This document shows positions 38,341 through 47,689 of a DNA stretch of 64,000 nucleotides, in pieces. Every line of letters begins with the position of its first letter. Within the stretch, counting starts at the first letter, position 1. The position numbers were made by a program, and so were the translations under genes. The notes under the pieces are model-generated. The model was not told where the DNA came from. It worked only from the letters and a program-made list of their open reading frames with translations, and did not search any database. Origin of the DNA: Deltaproteobacteria bacterium (GTDB lineage: Bacteria > Myxococcota > XYA12-FULL-58-9); the NCBI GenBank assembly GCA_016218825.1, contig JACRCV010000056.1, positions 160,416-224,415 of the forward strand. Direction: 5' to 3'.

Positions 38341-38784
38341 TTGCAGGTGAGCTCCACTCCCCTGCCCACCGCGCCGGCGTCGGCGCTCGTCTTCGTCGTC
38401 GACGACGAGCAGGGAAACCTCGACCTGGTGGCGCGGACGCTGCGCGCCACCTGCCAGACTCGGACCTTCGTCGAGAGCCGCTCGATGCTGGAGGCGGCCG
38501 AGAAGGACGCCCCCGACCTGGTCCTCGTCGACTTCCGGATGCCGAACACGACCGGCGTCGAGGTCCTGCGGGCCTTGCGGCAGAAAGGGATCAACTGCCC
38601 GGCGCTCTTGGTCACCGGCTTCCCCGACATGGAGGAGGTGAAGAGGGCGCGCGACGAGGGCCTGATCTTTCGGGTGATCACCAAGCCCTGGTCGCCGCCG
38701 GCGCTGGTCGCGAACGTGACGTTGGCCTTGTCGCTGGCACGGCTCGACAAGACCATGGAGACGATCGGCAAGGCCGAACGCTAG
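38341..38784 (+). CDS. Stand-alone response-regulator receiver (CheY-like) protein
   Basis: LVFVVDDE ... LVLVDFRMP ... KP receiver motifs. Start is a TTG at 38341 or a GTG at 38346. Confidence 0.7.
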   Translation: MQVSSTPLPTAPASALVFVVDDEQGNLDLVARTLRATCQTRTFVESRSMLEAAEKDAPDLVLVDFRMPNTTGVEVLRALRQKGINCPALLVTGFPDMEEVKRARDEGLIFRVITKPWSPPALVANVTLALSLARLDKTMETIGKAER

Positions 38785-38802
38785 GAGCACAGCGAGGGAG
38801 CA

Positions 38803-39639
38803 ATGCAAGGCACGCCGAAGCCCGTGATCCTGATCGTCGACGACGAGCCCGACAACCTCGATTTGCTGGAGCGGGCCCTGCGCTCCGAGTACGTCGTCCA
38901 CCGCGCCGCGAGCGGTCACGAAGCCCTGCAGCTCCTCCCCGATCTCCCCGAGTTGAGCATCATCATCACCGACCAGCGGATGCCCGGGCTCGCCGGCACC
39001 GAGATGCTCCGCAAGGCCCGGGTGCGCCGCCCCGAGGCGGTGCGCATCATCCTCACCGGCTACACCGAGCCCGCCGACCTCATCGACGCGATCAACAACT
39101 CCAACGTCTACCGTTACCTCACGAAGCCCTTCCGTCCCGACGAGCTCCGGCTGCTGTTGCGCCGCGCGCTCCGGGTCAACCGCGCCGGCGGCGGCTACAT
39201 GGTCGACGAGGTGACCGGCCTCGCGAACCGCGGCCTGCTGCAACGCCAGTTGGCTCGGGAGCTCGCCCGCGCCGATCGCCTCGCGGCGCCCCTGGTGGTG
39301 GTCGCGATCCGGGTGAACGGCGTCTCCGAGTGCATCGCGGCGCTCGGTGAGCCGACGACCGAGCTGATGATCGCCAACGTCGCCGAGAGCCTCGAGAAGC
39401 AGATCCGCGCCATGGACATCTTGGGCTACTACGACCCTGGGATCTTCCTCGCCATCCTCCCCGGCTGCAGCGAGCCGGAGACCGCGGTGCGGCGGTTGGT
39501 CGAGCTCGCCGAGCAGGCCTCCGACGCCCAGACCATGCGGACGCGAGTGAGCGCGCTCGGCTTCTCCGGGACCTTCGTCAAGGTCGCCGCCAAGGCCGGC
39601 ATCGACGAGGTTCGCCGCGCGCTGCAGCTACCGGACTGA
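38803..39639 (+). CDS. Response regulator: REC + degenerate GGDEF domain
   Basis: REC domain (ILIVDDEPDN ... ITDQRMPG ... TKPF). GGDEF-like fold (EVTGLANRGLL) in which the GG(D/E)EF site is LGYYDPG and the metal-binding Asp positions are lost. Confidence 0.75.
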   Translation: MQGTPKPVILIVDDEPDNLDLLERALRSEYVVHRAASGHEALQLLPDLPELSIIITDQRMPGLAGTEMLRKARVRRPEAVRIILTGYTEPADLIDAINNSNVYRYLTKPFRPDELRLLLRRALRVNRAGGGYMVDEVTGLANRGLLQRQLARELARADRLAAPLVVVAIRVNGVSECIAALGEPTTELMIANVAESLEKQIRAMDILGYYDPGIFLAILPGCSEPETAVRRLVELAEQASDAQTMRTRVSALGFSGTFVKVAAKAGIDEVRRALQLPD

Positions 39640-39664
39640 TCGTCGAGGCGGCCGCGCCGCCGGC

Positions 39665-41014
39665 TCAGGCCACCGCACCGGCGCTCGCGGCCACCGAGTC
39701 GGCCGACGGCAGCCACACCGTGAAGGTGGTGAACTTGCCGACCTCGCTCTTCACCGAGATCTTGCCGTTGTGGGCGTTGACGATCGAGTAGGTGATCGAG
39801 AGCCCGAGCCCGGTCCCCTCACCCACCGGCTTGGTGGTGAAGAACGGGTCGAAGATCTTCAGCTGCAGATCCTCGGGGATGCCGACGCCGTTGTCGGTGA
39901 TCTCGGTCGCGACCCCACCCTGCTCCTCGTGGACCACGATCTCGATCTGCCCCTTCTTCGGGATCGCCTGGACGCCGTTGATCAGGATGTTCATGAACAC
40001 CTGGTTCAAGCGCCCCTCGTTGCCCCACACCTCCGGCGCCGTCGGGTTGTAGTTGCGCACGATCGCGACCCGGTCCTTGGTGTTGTGGCTGATGAGGTTC
40101 AAGGCGCGCTCGATGCACTCCGGCAGCCGCACCCGACCCATGTTGTCGTCCGAGCGGTGACAGACCTGACGCAGATCGCGGACGATGCCGGCGACCCGCT
40201 CGGTGCCGAGCCGAATCGACTTGGTGAGCTTCGCCAGGTCCTCGCGCACGTAGGCCAGGTCGACCTCGGTCTCCACCGCGCGGATCCGGGCCGCCTGCTC
40301 TTCGGGCAGCTCGAGCCCGTCGTGGGCGCCGATGACCTTCAAGAGCGCGGCGACGTGGCTGTCGAGGAAATCGAGGTTGCCGTAGATGAAGTTGATCGGG
40401 TTGTTGATCTCGTGCGCGACGCCGGCGACCAATTTGCCCAGCGACGACAGCTTCTCCGATTGGATCAGCTGCGCCCGGGTCGAGCGCAGCTCGTCCAACG
40501 ACTTCTGCAGATCGGCGGTGCGGGCCTTGACCTGCTCTTCGAGCAGCTCGGCGCGCCGGCGCTCGTTGTCGAGCAGGACCTTGTAGCGATCCTGGATCCG
40601 CGCCTCGGCGGTGACGTCACGGTAGGTCTCGAGCACCGCCCACACGTTCCCCTGCGGGTCGCGCAGCGGGATGGTGCTGACGATCAGGGTCTGCTGGTCG
40701 TCGTCCTTGTTCTTGACCCGCTGGCCGTGGATCTCGTGCACCCGCACCGACCGCCCGTCGTTGAAGGTGCGCGCGCCCAGACAGCCGGAGTCACAGACCT
40801 CCAGGCCATAGAGATCGCGACAACGGGTGCCGGGTCGCTCGGCCTCGCGCGCCAGGCTCTTGGCCCCGAGGCCGACGGTCTCGGCGTAGGCCGCGTTCCA
40901 CGCCAGCGGTTTCAGGTCGCGGGAGACCACGACGGCGGCGTCGGTGATGCCGTCCAGGAGAGAGCGCAGCTGCTGCGGATCGTACTGGGTGGGTGGCGAT
41001 TGCTCGGCTGCCAT
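39665..41014 (-). CDS. PAS-domain sensor histidine kinase (cytoplasmic)
   Basis: PAS-like N-terminus. H-box ([13 protein letters not shown]). N, G1 and G2 boxes ([21 protein letters not shown]). Confidence 0.85.
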   Translation of the reverse strand: MAAEQSPPTQYDPQQLRSLLDGITDAAVVVSRDLKPLAWNAAYAETVGLGAKSLAREAERPGTRCRDLYGLEVCDSGCLGARTFNDGRSVRVHEIHGQRVKNKDDDQQTLIVSTIPLRDPQGNVWAVLETYRDVTAEARIQDRYKVLLDNERRRAELLEEQVKARTADLQKSLDELRSTRAQLIQSEKLSSLGKLVAGVAHEINNPINFIYGNLDFLDSHVAALLKVIGAHDGLELPEEQAARIRAVETEVDLAYVREDLAKLTKSIRLGTERVAGIVRDLRQVCHRSDDNMGRVRLPECIERALNLISHNTKDRVAIVRNYNPTAPEVWGNEGRLNQVFMNILINGVQAIPKKGQIEIVVHEEQGGVATEITDNGVGIPEDLQLKIFDPFFTTKPVGEGTGLGLSITYSIVNAHNGKISVKSEVGKFTTFTVWLPSADSVAASAGAVA

Positions 41015-41027
41015 GGTTGCGAACGCT

Positions 41028-41501
41028 TCAGCCCCTTCTCAGGAAGGCAAAGTAGCTGTCCTCGAGGTCGTCGAACTCCATCTTGCCGGCGCAGTGCGGA
41101 CAGGCGCGGTTCGCGAGGTCCGGGACGCGCCCGGACTCGACGCTGACGACGACGCGCTCGGAGCGGCCACACTTGTCACACATGAACGGCGCCTGCACCG
41201 ACACCACCCGCGCCAGGCCGACGAAGTTGCTGATGGTGTTGATCTGGTTGACCATCGGCGGGCTGCACTGCTCGAGCTTCACCTTCAGGTTGTTCGGCAG
41301 CTTGCGCATGAAGTTGACCCACTCGCGCACGCCGCACGAGTTGACCCGGTTGATGCCGCCGAGGTCCATGCTCACCTGGTTCTTGCCGGCAAGCGCGGTC
41401 ACCAGCGGCGCGAAGTCGGCGTCCTCGTTGACCGGGCCCGACAGCTTGACGCCGGCTTCGGCGCCCTTGGCATCGATGACCCACTCCAATCGACTGCTCA
41501 T
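41028..41501 (-). CDS. STAS-domain (anti-sigma-antagonist-like) protein with C-terminal Cys4 zinc ribbon
   Basis: SpoIIAA-like pattern (VKLSGPVNEDADFAPL ... VSMDLGGINRVNSCGVREWV ... LEQCSPPMVNQINTISNF). Then CDKC-x22-CPHC. Good GGAGAG ribosome-binding site. 32 bp after the kinase gene. Confidence 0.65.
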   Translation of the reverse strand: MSSRLEWVIDAKGAEAGVKLSGPVNEDADFAPLVTALAGKNQVSMDLGGINRVNSCGVREWVNFMRKLPNNLKVKLEQCSPPMVNQINTISNFVGLARVVSVQAPFMCDKCGRSERVVVSVESGRVPDLANRACPHCAGKMEFDDLEDSYFAFLRRG

Positions 41502-41533
41502 CCGTTACTCTCCGTGGTGCTGCCTGGCAGCGG

Positions 41534-43285
41534 TCACGACTTGGAGGGTGACTTGACCTGCTGCAACAGCCGGAAGAACCGCGATGCCTTGTCAGAGTCG
41601 CTCGCCAACAGCGCGTCCACCAGGCTCGAGGCGCCGCACCTTCTGACGAACTCGTTCTCGAAGCGAATGACGTGCGGGAACAGCTTCTTCAACCACGCCG
41701 CGAGGTCGGTCTCGCCCTTGAGCTTGGTCAGCGCGGCGCGCAGATCGGCCTCCATCTTGCCGGCGTCCGAGTACCGGTGCGCCGGATCCTTCTCCAGGCT
41801 CTTCTCGATGATCGGGAACAGGCTGCGCGGGATCTTCGAGGTCCAGCCGGGACGGTCGATCTTGTCGTTGACGATGGCATAGGCGGTCTGGTCGACGGTG
41901 GCGCGGCGGAACGGGTTGGCGCCGGTGAGCATCGAGATCAAGAGCAGCCCCGCGCCCCAGAGATCGGTCTGCGGCGTCGCCTCCTTGCCGAGGAAGATCT
42001 CCGGCGCCATCCAGAACGGGTTGCCGAGGATGGTGTCCTTGTCCCAGTTGCGGCTGCGGACGTAGCCGGCGAGGCCGAAGTCGACGAGCTTGACGACGCC
42101 GTCGAAGCTCACCAGCACGTTGCCCGGCGTGACGTCGCGGTGCACCAACATCCGGCCGCTGGTGTCGGGTATGTGGGCGCGCGCCAACCCCTTGCAGAGG
42201 TCGGCGATGATGGTCGCGACCACCGTGGGCGGCACGGTCGCGCCGTGGCCGACCACCTCGCTCATGATCTCGGTGAGGCTGCGGCCGTGGACGAACTCCA
42301 GCACCATGAAGAACGAGCCCTCGACCCGCTCGAGATCGAGGACGCGGATGACGTTCGGGTGATCCATGCGCGCCGCGAGCTTGGCCTCGTCCAAGAACAG
42401 CCGGATCATGCGGTCGTCGGTGGACAAGTCGGCGCGCACCTGCTTCACCACCGCGAGGCGGCGGAAGCCCATCGCGCCGTGCTGGCGCACCAGGTGCACC
42501 TCCGCCATCCCGCCTTCGCCGAGCTTACAGACGAACTCGTACTTGTTCGCGAAGCGCTTCTTGGCCTCTTCGACCGTCGCCTTGGCCACCGCCGCCTTCT
42601 GGGCCACCGCCGGCTTCTTGGGCGGCGCCGCCTTCGCCGGTGCGGGGCTGCTCGCCGCCACCGCACGCCCGGGCCGCTGCTTGCTCACCGCGGCGATGAA
42701 CTCGCGGTAGTCCTCTTCGCGCTCGGCGATGTCGATCGGCACGCCGCACTCGGCGCACGACGGGCTCGACGCCAGCCAGCCGTCGAACGAGCCGACCGCG
42801 ATCGAATACCAGGTCGCGCGCCGGCAGGTGCCGCAACGTCCGGGGAATAGGATGCTCGCTACCGTGGCGCCGGAGAGCAGCGCCGGGTCGTCGGCGAAGC
42901 GCCGCAACGCCACCGCCGAGCAGTTCACCAGGCTGGTCGCCACGTTCTGGGTCAGCGAGTCCATTGCCGTCCGCCAGCGCTCGAAGCCGCTGGCGTCGAA
43001 GTGCGCGACCCGCTGCATGTCGATGGTCGCCGACGGGCTGTCGGTCGCGGCCACCTGCCGGCCCGGGAACGTGCCGTCGATGATCCCCGCCAGGCGGATG
43101 TTGGTGTTGTTGCCCTCGACCGACTGCCGCGTGGTCAGCCGGACCCCCGGCACTTCGGGCAGCCAGCTGTCGGGGCGCCGCATGGTGCCGAGCACCGCCG
43201 CCGGCGGCGCCGCCGGGGTCACCGAGCGGACGTACTCGAACAGGATCGAGGGATCGTCGTCGAGCTGCGCGTCGCGGCCGCACAC
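41534..43285 (-). CDS. Hanks-type Ser/Thr protein kinase with N-terminal STAS-like + zinc-ribbon module
   Basis: Complete kinase motifs: GEGGMAEV, AVVKQV, HRDVTPGNVLV, DFGLAG, WMAPE. The N-terminal region is paralogous to the 41028..41501 protein (FDASGFERW...CGTC...CAEC). The annotated 5' end is the first start codon (GTG) after an in-frame TAG, so the true N-terminus is uncertain. Confidence 0.75.
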   Translation of the reverse strand: MCGRDAQLDDDPSILFEYVRSVTPAAPPAAVLGTMRRPDSWLPEVPGVRLTTRQSVEGNNTNIRLAGIIDGTFPGRQVAATDSPSATIDMQRVAHFDASGFERWRTAMDSLTQNVATSLVNCSAVALRRFADDPALLSGATVASILFPGRCGTCRRATWYSIAVGSFDGWLASSPSCAECGVPIDIAEREEDYREFIAAVSKQRPGRAVAASSPAPAKAAPPKKPAVAQKAAVAKATVEEAKKRFANKYEFVCKLGEGGMAEVHLVRQHGAMGFRRLAVVKQVRADLSTDDRMIRLFLDEAKLAARMDHPNVIRVLDLERVEGSFFMVLEFVHGRSLTEIMSEVVGHGATVPPTVVATIIADLCKGLARAHIPDTSGRMLVHRDVTPGNVLVSFDGVVKLVDFGLAGYVRSRNWDKDTILGNPFWMAPEIFLGKEATPQTDLWGAGLLLISMLTGANPFRRATVDQTAYAIVNDKIDRPGWTSKIPRSLFPIIEKSLEKDPAHRYSDAGKMEADLRAALTKLKGETDLAAWLKKLFPHVIRFENEFVRRCGASSLVDALLASDSDKASRFFRLLQQVKSPSKS

Positions 43286-43360
43286 CGCGCACTGCCGGAC
43301 CGGGGCCTCCGGCGCGGCGAACGCCGTGTGGTCGAGCTGCGCGTCGAAGAGGTGCGTGGT

Positions 43361-43363
43361 CTA
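43361..43363 (-). other. In-frame TAG codon separating the STAS fragment from the Ser/Thr kinase ORF
   Basis: The track ORFs 43361..43702 and 41534..43285 share a reading frame (43702 minus 43285 is 417, which is 139 codons). The only interruption between them is this stop. Confidence 0.6.
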
Positions 43364-43702
43364 CTCGCCGCAGGAGTCGCACTGGTAGTACGACCGGAAC
43401 GACAACAGCGAACCGCCGCCGTCGAAGCCGACCACCATGTTGAACTGGTCGCTCATGCGCGGCGAGGCACGGACGAAGAACAGCCCCTCCACCTGCTGGC
43501 GGACGGCGCGCACCGCGTTGATCCAATCGCGGACGCCGACCGACGACAGTTGCTTGATGTGGGCGACGTCGAGGACCAGGAACTTGGCGCCGGCGGGCTG
43601 GAGCACCGCGGCGTCAAACGAGTCATCGAGGCGCCCCGACAGGGCGCGGAGGAGGACCGTACCGTCCTTCAACTCACGCAAGACCCGCATGTTGGCTGCC
43701 AT
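43361..43702 (-). CDS. STAS-like domain fragment ending inside a zinc ribbon; in frame with the downstream kinase (probable 5' part of a disrupted or recoded gene)
   Basis: Paralogous to the 41028..41501 protein. It stops after the first CxxC (YYQCDSCGE-TAG). The next 25 in-frame codons plus the kinase ORF continue the ribbon (..RQCAVCGRDAQLDDD..). Confidence 0.5.
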   Translation of the reverse strand: MAANMRVLRELKDGTVLLRALSGRLDDSFDAAVLQPAGAKFLVLDVAHIKQLSSVGVRDWINAVRAVRQQVEGLFFVRASPRMSDQFNMVVGFDGGGSLLSFRSYYQCDSCGE

Positions 43703-43927
43703 TCGACACAGGAGATATCAACTCGAGGAATTCAGTCAAGCGTTTAGCTCCGGCGACCGCGCCGGCCGATTCGTTGACTGCCTCGAAGCGGCCTGCTACT
43801 GATCGTTAGGTTATCCTTACGCAAACTCATATGGCTCCCAGAACGAATCGCCACGACTGTCCGACCCCAGGGAGTGATCGTCAGCTCCTTGCATCCGCAC
43901 GAAAGGCAGACGAAAGACCGGGGCCTC

Positions 43928-45655
43928 ATGACTGACACGATCGCGACGCACCTCCTCCGCGTGGCAAAGAGCCACCCCGACCGCCCCTTCCTCCAAACCC
44001 CAACAGAAACGTTGAGTTACAGCCAGGCGGTGATCCGCGTCGCCGGCACCGCGAAACGCTTCGCCGACCTCGGCTTGCGCCGCGGCGACTTCATTGCCTG
44101 TTACTGCGAGTCACAGGTGGCCGGCCTGTTCTTCAGCCTCGCGTGCGCGACCACCGGTATCCGGCCGGCGCCGCTGTCCCCGGTGTTCTCCGTCGACTAC
44201 CTGATCTCCGGCATCGCCGGCGCCTTGAACGCCCGCGCCATCTTCTGCGACATCGATCGCACGCCGCTGCTCGTCGAGCACCGCTGCCGGCCGCTGTGTT
44301 TCGCGCCGGCGCAGACCGACGTCCCGGGCGCCGAGATCATCGAGGAGACGTTCGACCTGCAGTTCGGCGAAGCGCTGGAGTATCTCGAGCGCGCCAGCCA
44401 CGGGATTGGCCCGGACGACGTCTTCATGATCCTGCCGACCGCCGGCTCCACCGGGACGCCCAAGCTCGTCGTCCGCCGCCACGTCTCGTTCACCCGCTAT
44501 CTGAAGTACCTCGGCCAGGAGCTCGGCCCGGGGCTCGAGGACGGCACCCCGCATCGCTTCCTGATGGTCTCGGCGCTCACCCACGCGTTCGGCTATCACC
44601 TGCTGACGACCGCCATCGGGCTCGGCGCGACCCTGGCGCTTACCTCCAAGATCGACACCGAGGCCGATCTGGTCGAGATCCGTGCCCTCGATCCGACGGT
44701 GCTGCCGTTGTTGCCGCGGGTACAGCGCTCGCTGTTCCGGCAGCACTTCGCCAAGCCCGAGACCGAGCTCGCCACCAAGGCCCAGATGTTCTCGGCGAGC
44801 GCCCGCTTCGTCTGCAGCGCCGGCGGCATCCCGAACTACGATATCCTCAAGTACCTCATGGACCAGGGCCTCGACATCGTCGAGTTCTACGGCTCCACCG
44901 AGGCGTCCTTGATCGCGATCACCAAGCGCGGCACCTGGAAGCCGGGCTGCTCGGGCAAGGTGGTCGACGACGTCGAGGTCAAGCGCGACCCGGACGGCGA
45001 GATCCTGGTGCGCTCCGCGGGCGTCACCCCCGGCTACTTCGGCGACGACGAGGCCACCCGCGCGGTGATCACCAACGACGGCTACTTTCACACCGGCGAC
45101 CACGGCGAGCTGGCGCCCGATCGTTCGCTGTCCATCGTCGGCCGCAAGAAAGACGTCTTCAACACCTCCGAAGGCACCAACATCTTCCCGACCCGCATCG
45201 AGCAGATGATCGAGCTGTTGCCCTGGGTGCACCAGGTCTGCCTGGTCGGCGACGCCCGCCCCTTCTTGACCGCGCTCATCGTCGTCAAGGACGAGGGCAA
45301 CCTGCGAAACCCGCGCGAGTACGGCTTCCTCGAGGCGGCGTCCAACGTCGAGGTCTATCGCCGCGCCGGCTCGGATCTCTCCGACATCAACCTTCGCCTG
45401 GAGCGCATCGAGCACATCGTCCGCTTCGCGCTCTTCGGGCGTGAATTCCCGACCGACATCTACGCCAAGGTGTCGGCGGGTAAGATCCGCCGCGACCGCA
45501 AGGTGTTCAACGAGCGCTTCCGCGCCGTCATCGAGATGCTCTACACCTCGCGGCCACAGCCGATCCCGGATCCGTCGTTCGTGCCCGGCACCGATCGCCG
45601 TCTGCGCATGCGCGGCAAAGATCGCCGCCTCGCGCCTCGCGCCGGCAAGCGCTGA
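43928..45655 (+). CDS. AMP-dependent synthetase/ligase (acyl-CoA synthetase, ANL superfamily)
   Basis: AMP-binding motif (ILPTAGSTGTPKLV) and YGSTE / GDHGEL regions. Start ATG at 43928. Confidence 0.8.
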   Translation: MTDTIATHLLRVAKSHPDRPFLQTPTETLSYSQAVIRVAGTAKRFADLGLRRGDFIACYCESQVAGLFFSLACATTGIRPAPLSPVFSVDYLISGIAGALNARAIFCDIDRTPLLVEHRCRPLCFAPAQTDVPGAEIIEETFDLQFGEALEYLERASHGIGPDDVFMILPTAGSTGTPKLVVRRHVSFTRYLKYLGQELGPGLEDGTPHRFLMVSALTHAFGYHLLTTAIGLGATLALTSKIDTEADLVEIRALDPTVLPLLPRVQRSLFRQHFAKPETELATKAQMFSASARFVCSAGGIPNYDILKYLMDQGLDIVEFYGSTEASLIAITKRGTWKPGCSGKVVDDVEVKRDPDGEILVRSAGVTPGYFGDDEATRAVITNDGYFHTGDHGELAPDRSLSIVGRKKDVFNTSEGTNIFPTRIEQMIELLPWVHQVCLVGDARPFLTALIVVKDEGNLRNPREYGFLEAASNVEVYRRAGSDLSDINLRLERIEHIVRFALFGREFPTDIYAKVSAGKIRRDRKVFNERFRAVIEMLYTSRPQPIPDPSFVPGTDRRLRMRGKDRRLAPRAGKR

Positions 45656-45673
45656 CAAACCCGCGCCCTCCCC

Positions 45674-47128
45674 ATGCTCAGGACATCGTGGCGCAAGATC
45701 GTCCCGGTGCTGGTGCCCACCGTCCTGGCCATCATCCCCGCGCCCACCGGACTGCCGCAGCACGCCTGGTGGTATTTCGCGATCTTCGTCGGCGTCATCG
45801 TCGGCCTGGTGCTCGAGCCGTTGCCGGGTGGCGCCGTGGGCTTCATCGGGGTCACGCTCATCGGGGTGCTGGCGCGCGTCGTGCTCTTCAGCCCCGCACA
45901 GCTCGCGGATCCCGCCTTCCGGGCGACCGCCGAGGCGGTCCGGTTCACGGTGTCGGGTTTCGCCAACACCACGGTCTGGCTGATCTTCACGGCCTTCATC
46001 GTCGCCACCGGCTACGAAAAGACCGGCCTTGGGCGGCGGGTGGCCTTGCTTCTCGTCAAGGCGATGGGGCGACGCACGCTCACCCTGGGATACGCGGTCG
46101 CGCTGGCCGACCTCGCGCTCGCGCCGTTCACGCCCTCCAACACCGCGAGGTCCGGAGGCACGCTGTTTCCGGTGTTGAAGAGCCTGGCGGCTCTCTATGA
46201 GTCCAAACCGAACGACCCCTCCGCCCGTCGGATCGGCGGCTACCTCATGTGGACGGCGATCGCGGCCACGACGGTCACCAGCTCGATGTTCGCGACCGCC
46301 ATGGCGCCCAACCTCCTGGCCCTGGAGATGGCGCAAAAGACGGTCAACGTGACGGTCACCTGGCTCGAGTGGCTCACGGCGATCACGCCGGTTGCGCTCC
46401 TCCTCTTCCTGGCCACTCCCCTGCTCGCGTACCTCCTGTACCCACCGGAGGTGAAGACCGGCGGCGCGGTGCCGCAGTGGGCAGGTCAGGAGCTCGAGCG
46501 GATGGGTCCGTTGAGCGGGCGCGAGCGTACGCTCGGTGGGCTGGTGCTGACGGCGTTGGCGCTGTGGATCTTCGCCGGCGACCTCGTCGATGCCACCGCG
46601 GTCGCGATGGTCGTCGTCGCGCTCATGGTGGTCACCGGCGTCGTCGGTTGGGACGACGTGCTCGGCAATCGCCGGGCGTGGAACACGCTGGTCTGGTTCG
46701 CGACGCTCGTGGCGCTGGCCGACGGTTTGACGCGCGTCGGCTTCATCAAGTGGTTTGCCGAGACCGTGGGCGGCGCGCTGCGTGGCCTCGCGCCGATGAC
46801 CGCCACGGTGGCCACGGTGCTGGTGTTCTTCTTGTTGCACTACCTGTTTGCGAGCGTCACCGCGCACGTGACCGCCCTGATGCCGGTGATGCTCGTGGTG
46901 AGCACCGCCATCCCCGGCGTCGATCCCGCCACGGTCACGCTGTCGCTGGTCGCGACTCTCGGGATCATGGGTGTGCTGACACCGTATGCGACCGGCCCGA
47001 GCCCGATCTACTTTGGAAGCGGCTACATCAGGGCCTCGGACTATTGGAGGCTCGGTGCGATTTTTGGCGCGATCTACATCGTCGTGCTCACTTGCGTCGG
47101 TATCCCTTGGATCGTGATGACCCGCTAG
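45674..47128 (+). CDS. DASS-family (divalent anion:Na+ symporter / CitT-like) anion permease
   Basis: 484 aa, polytopic. Hairpin-loop SNT and related motifs (PFTPSNTARSGG). Confidence 0.75.
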   Translation: MLRTSWRKIVPVLVPTVLAIIPAPTGLPQHAWWYFAIFVGVIVGLVLEPLPGGAVGFIGVTLIGVLARVVLFSPAQLADPAFRATAEAVRFTVSGFANTTVWLIFTAFIVATGYEKTGLGRRVALLLVKAMGRRTLTLGYAVALADLALAPFTPSNTARSGGTLFPVLKSLAALYESKPNDPSARRIGGYLMWTAIAATTVTSSMFATAMAPNLLALEMAQKTVNVTVTWLEWLTAITPVALLLFLATPLLAYLLYPPEVKTGGAVPQWAGQELERMGPLSGRERTLGGLVLTALALWIFAGDLVDATAVAMVVVALMVVTGVVGWDDVLGNRRAWNTLVWFATLVALADGLTRVGFIKWFAETVGGALRGLAPMTATVATVLVFFLLHYLFASVTAHVTALMPVMLVVSTAIPGVDPATVTLSLVATLGIMGVLTPYATGPSPIYFGSGYIRASDYWRLGAIFGAIYIVVLTCVGIPWIVMTR

Positions 47129-47208
47129 CCATCGCCGCACGCCCCTATGGGGCTGGCCTTGGCTTCGCATTCGAGGTAGGCGGATGCCTTGCCTCAAGGA
47201 GACTTGCC

Positions 47209-47499
47209 ATGATCAAGGTGTTGCGTGAGCGGTACTGCAGTGCGGCCAACGAGAAGACGGTCCGCGAGATCGAGAAGGCCACGCGGGAACAAGCCAAGAA
47301 GCAGCCCGGCTGGGTGTCGGGGGAAACGCTGCGAGACAAGGCGGACCCCACCCACACCGTGATCGTGGCCACCTGGGAGTCGGAGAAGGCGTTCGCGGCC
47401 TGGGAGAGCTCGGAGGGCCGCAAGAAGGTCATGAAGGATATCGCCAAGCTCATGGCAAAGCCCGAGAAGGTCACCGTCTTCGAGCTCCTGTCGAAGTAG
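47209..47499 (+). CDS. ABM (antibiotic-biosynthesis-monooxygenase-like) ferredoxin-fold protein
   Basis: 96 aa with AAGGAG ribosome-binding site. ABM-like pattern (..HTVIVATWESEKAFAAW..). Confidence 0.6.
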   Translation: MIKVLRERYCSAANEKTVREIEKATREQAKKQPGWVSGETLRDKADPTHTVIVATWESEKAFAAWESSEGRKKVMKDIAKLMAKPEKVTVFELLSK

Positions 47500-47689
47500 G
47501 CCGCGGCCGCGCCGCCGCGCACACGCTGCACGGGCGTCGGCGGGGCGCCGGCGTGGAGGTGTCGTCCACCCCTTCCGGGCCGGTGGCCGTGTCAAGGACG
47601 GCAGGCCGAGCGGGTCCGCGGGATCTCGCTTTCTTCGCCGACGTTGGGCATATTCTACGACCTGCATCGGGGCGTGAGGAGCCTGGCTC

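Noticed and set aside
44111-47197. 1028-aa minus-strand ORF across the acyl-CoA synthetase and DASS permease genes
   Set aside because: Antisense to two genes with clear AMP-binding and transporter signatures. The translation is Arg/Gly/Asp-rich nonsense.
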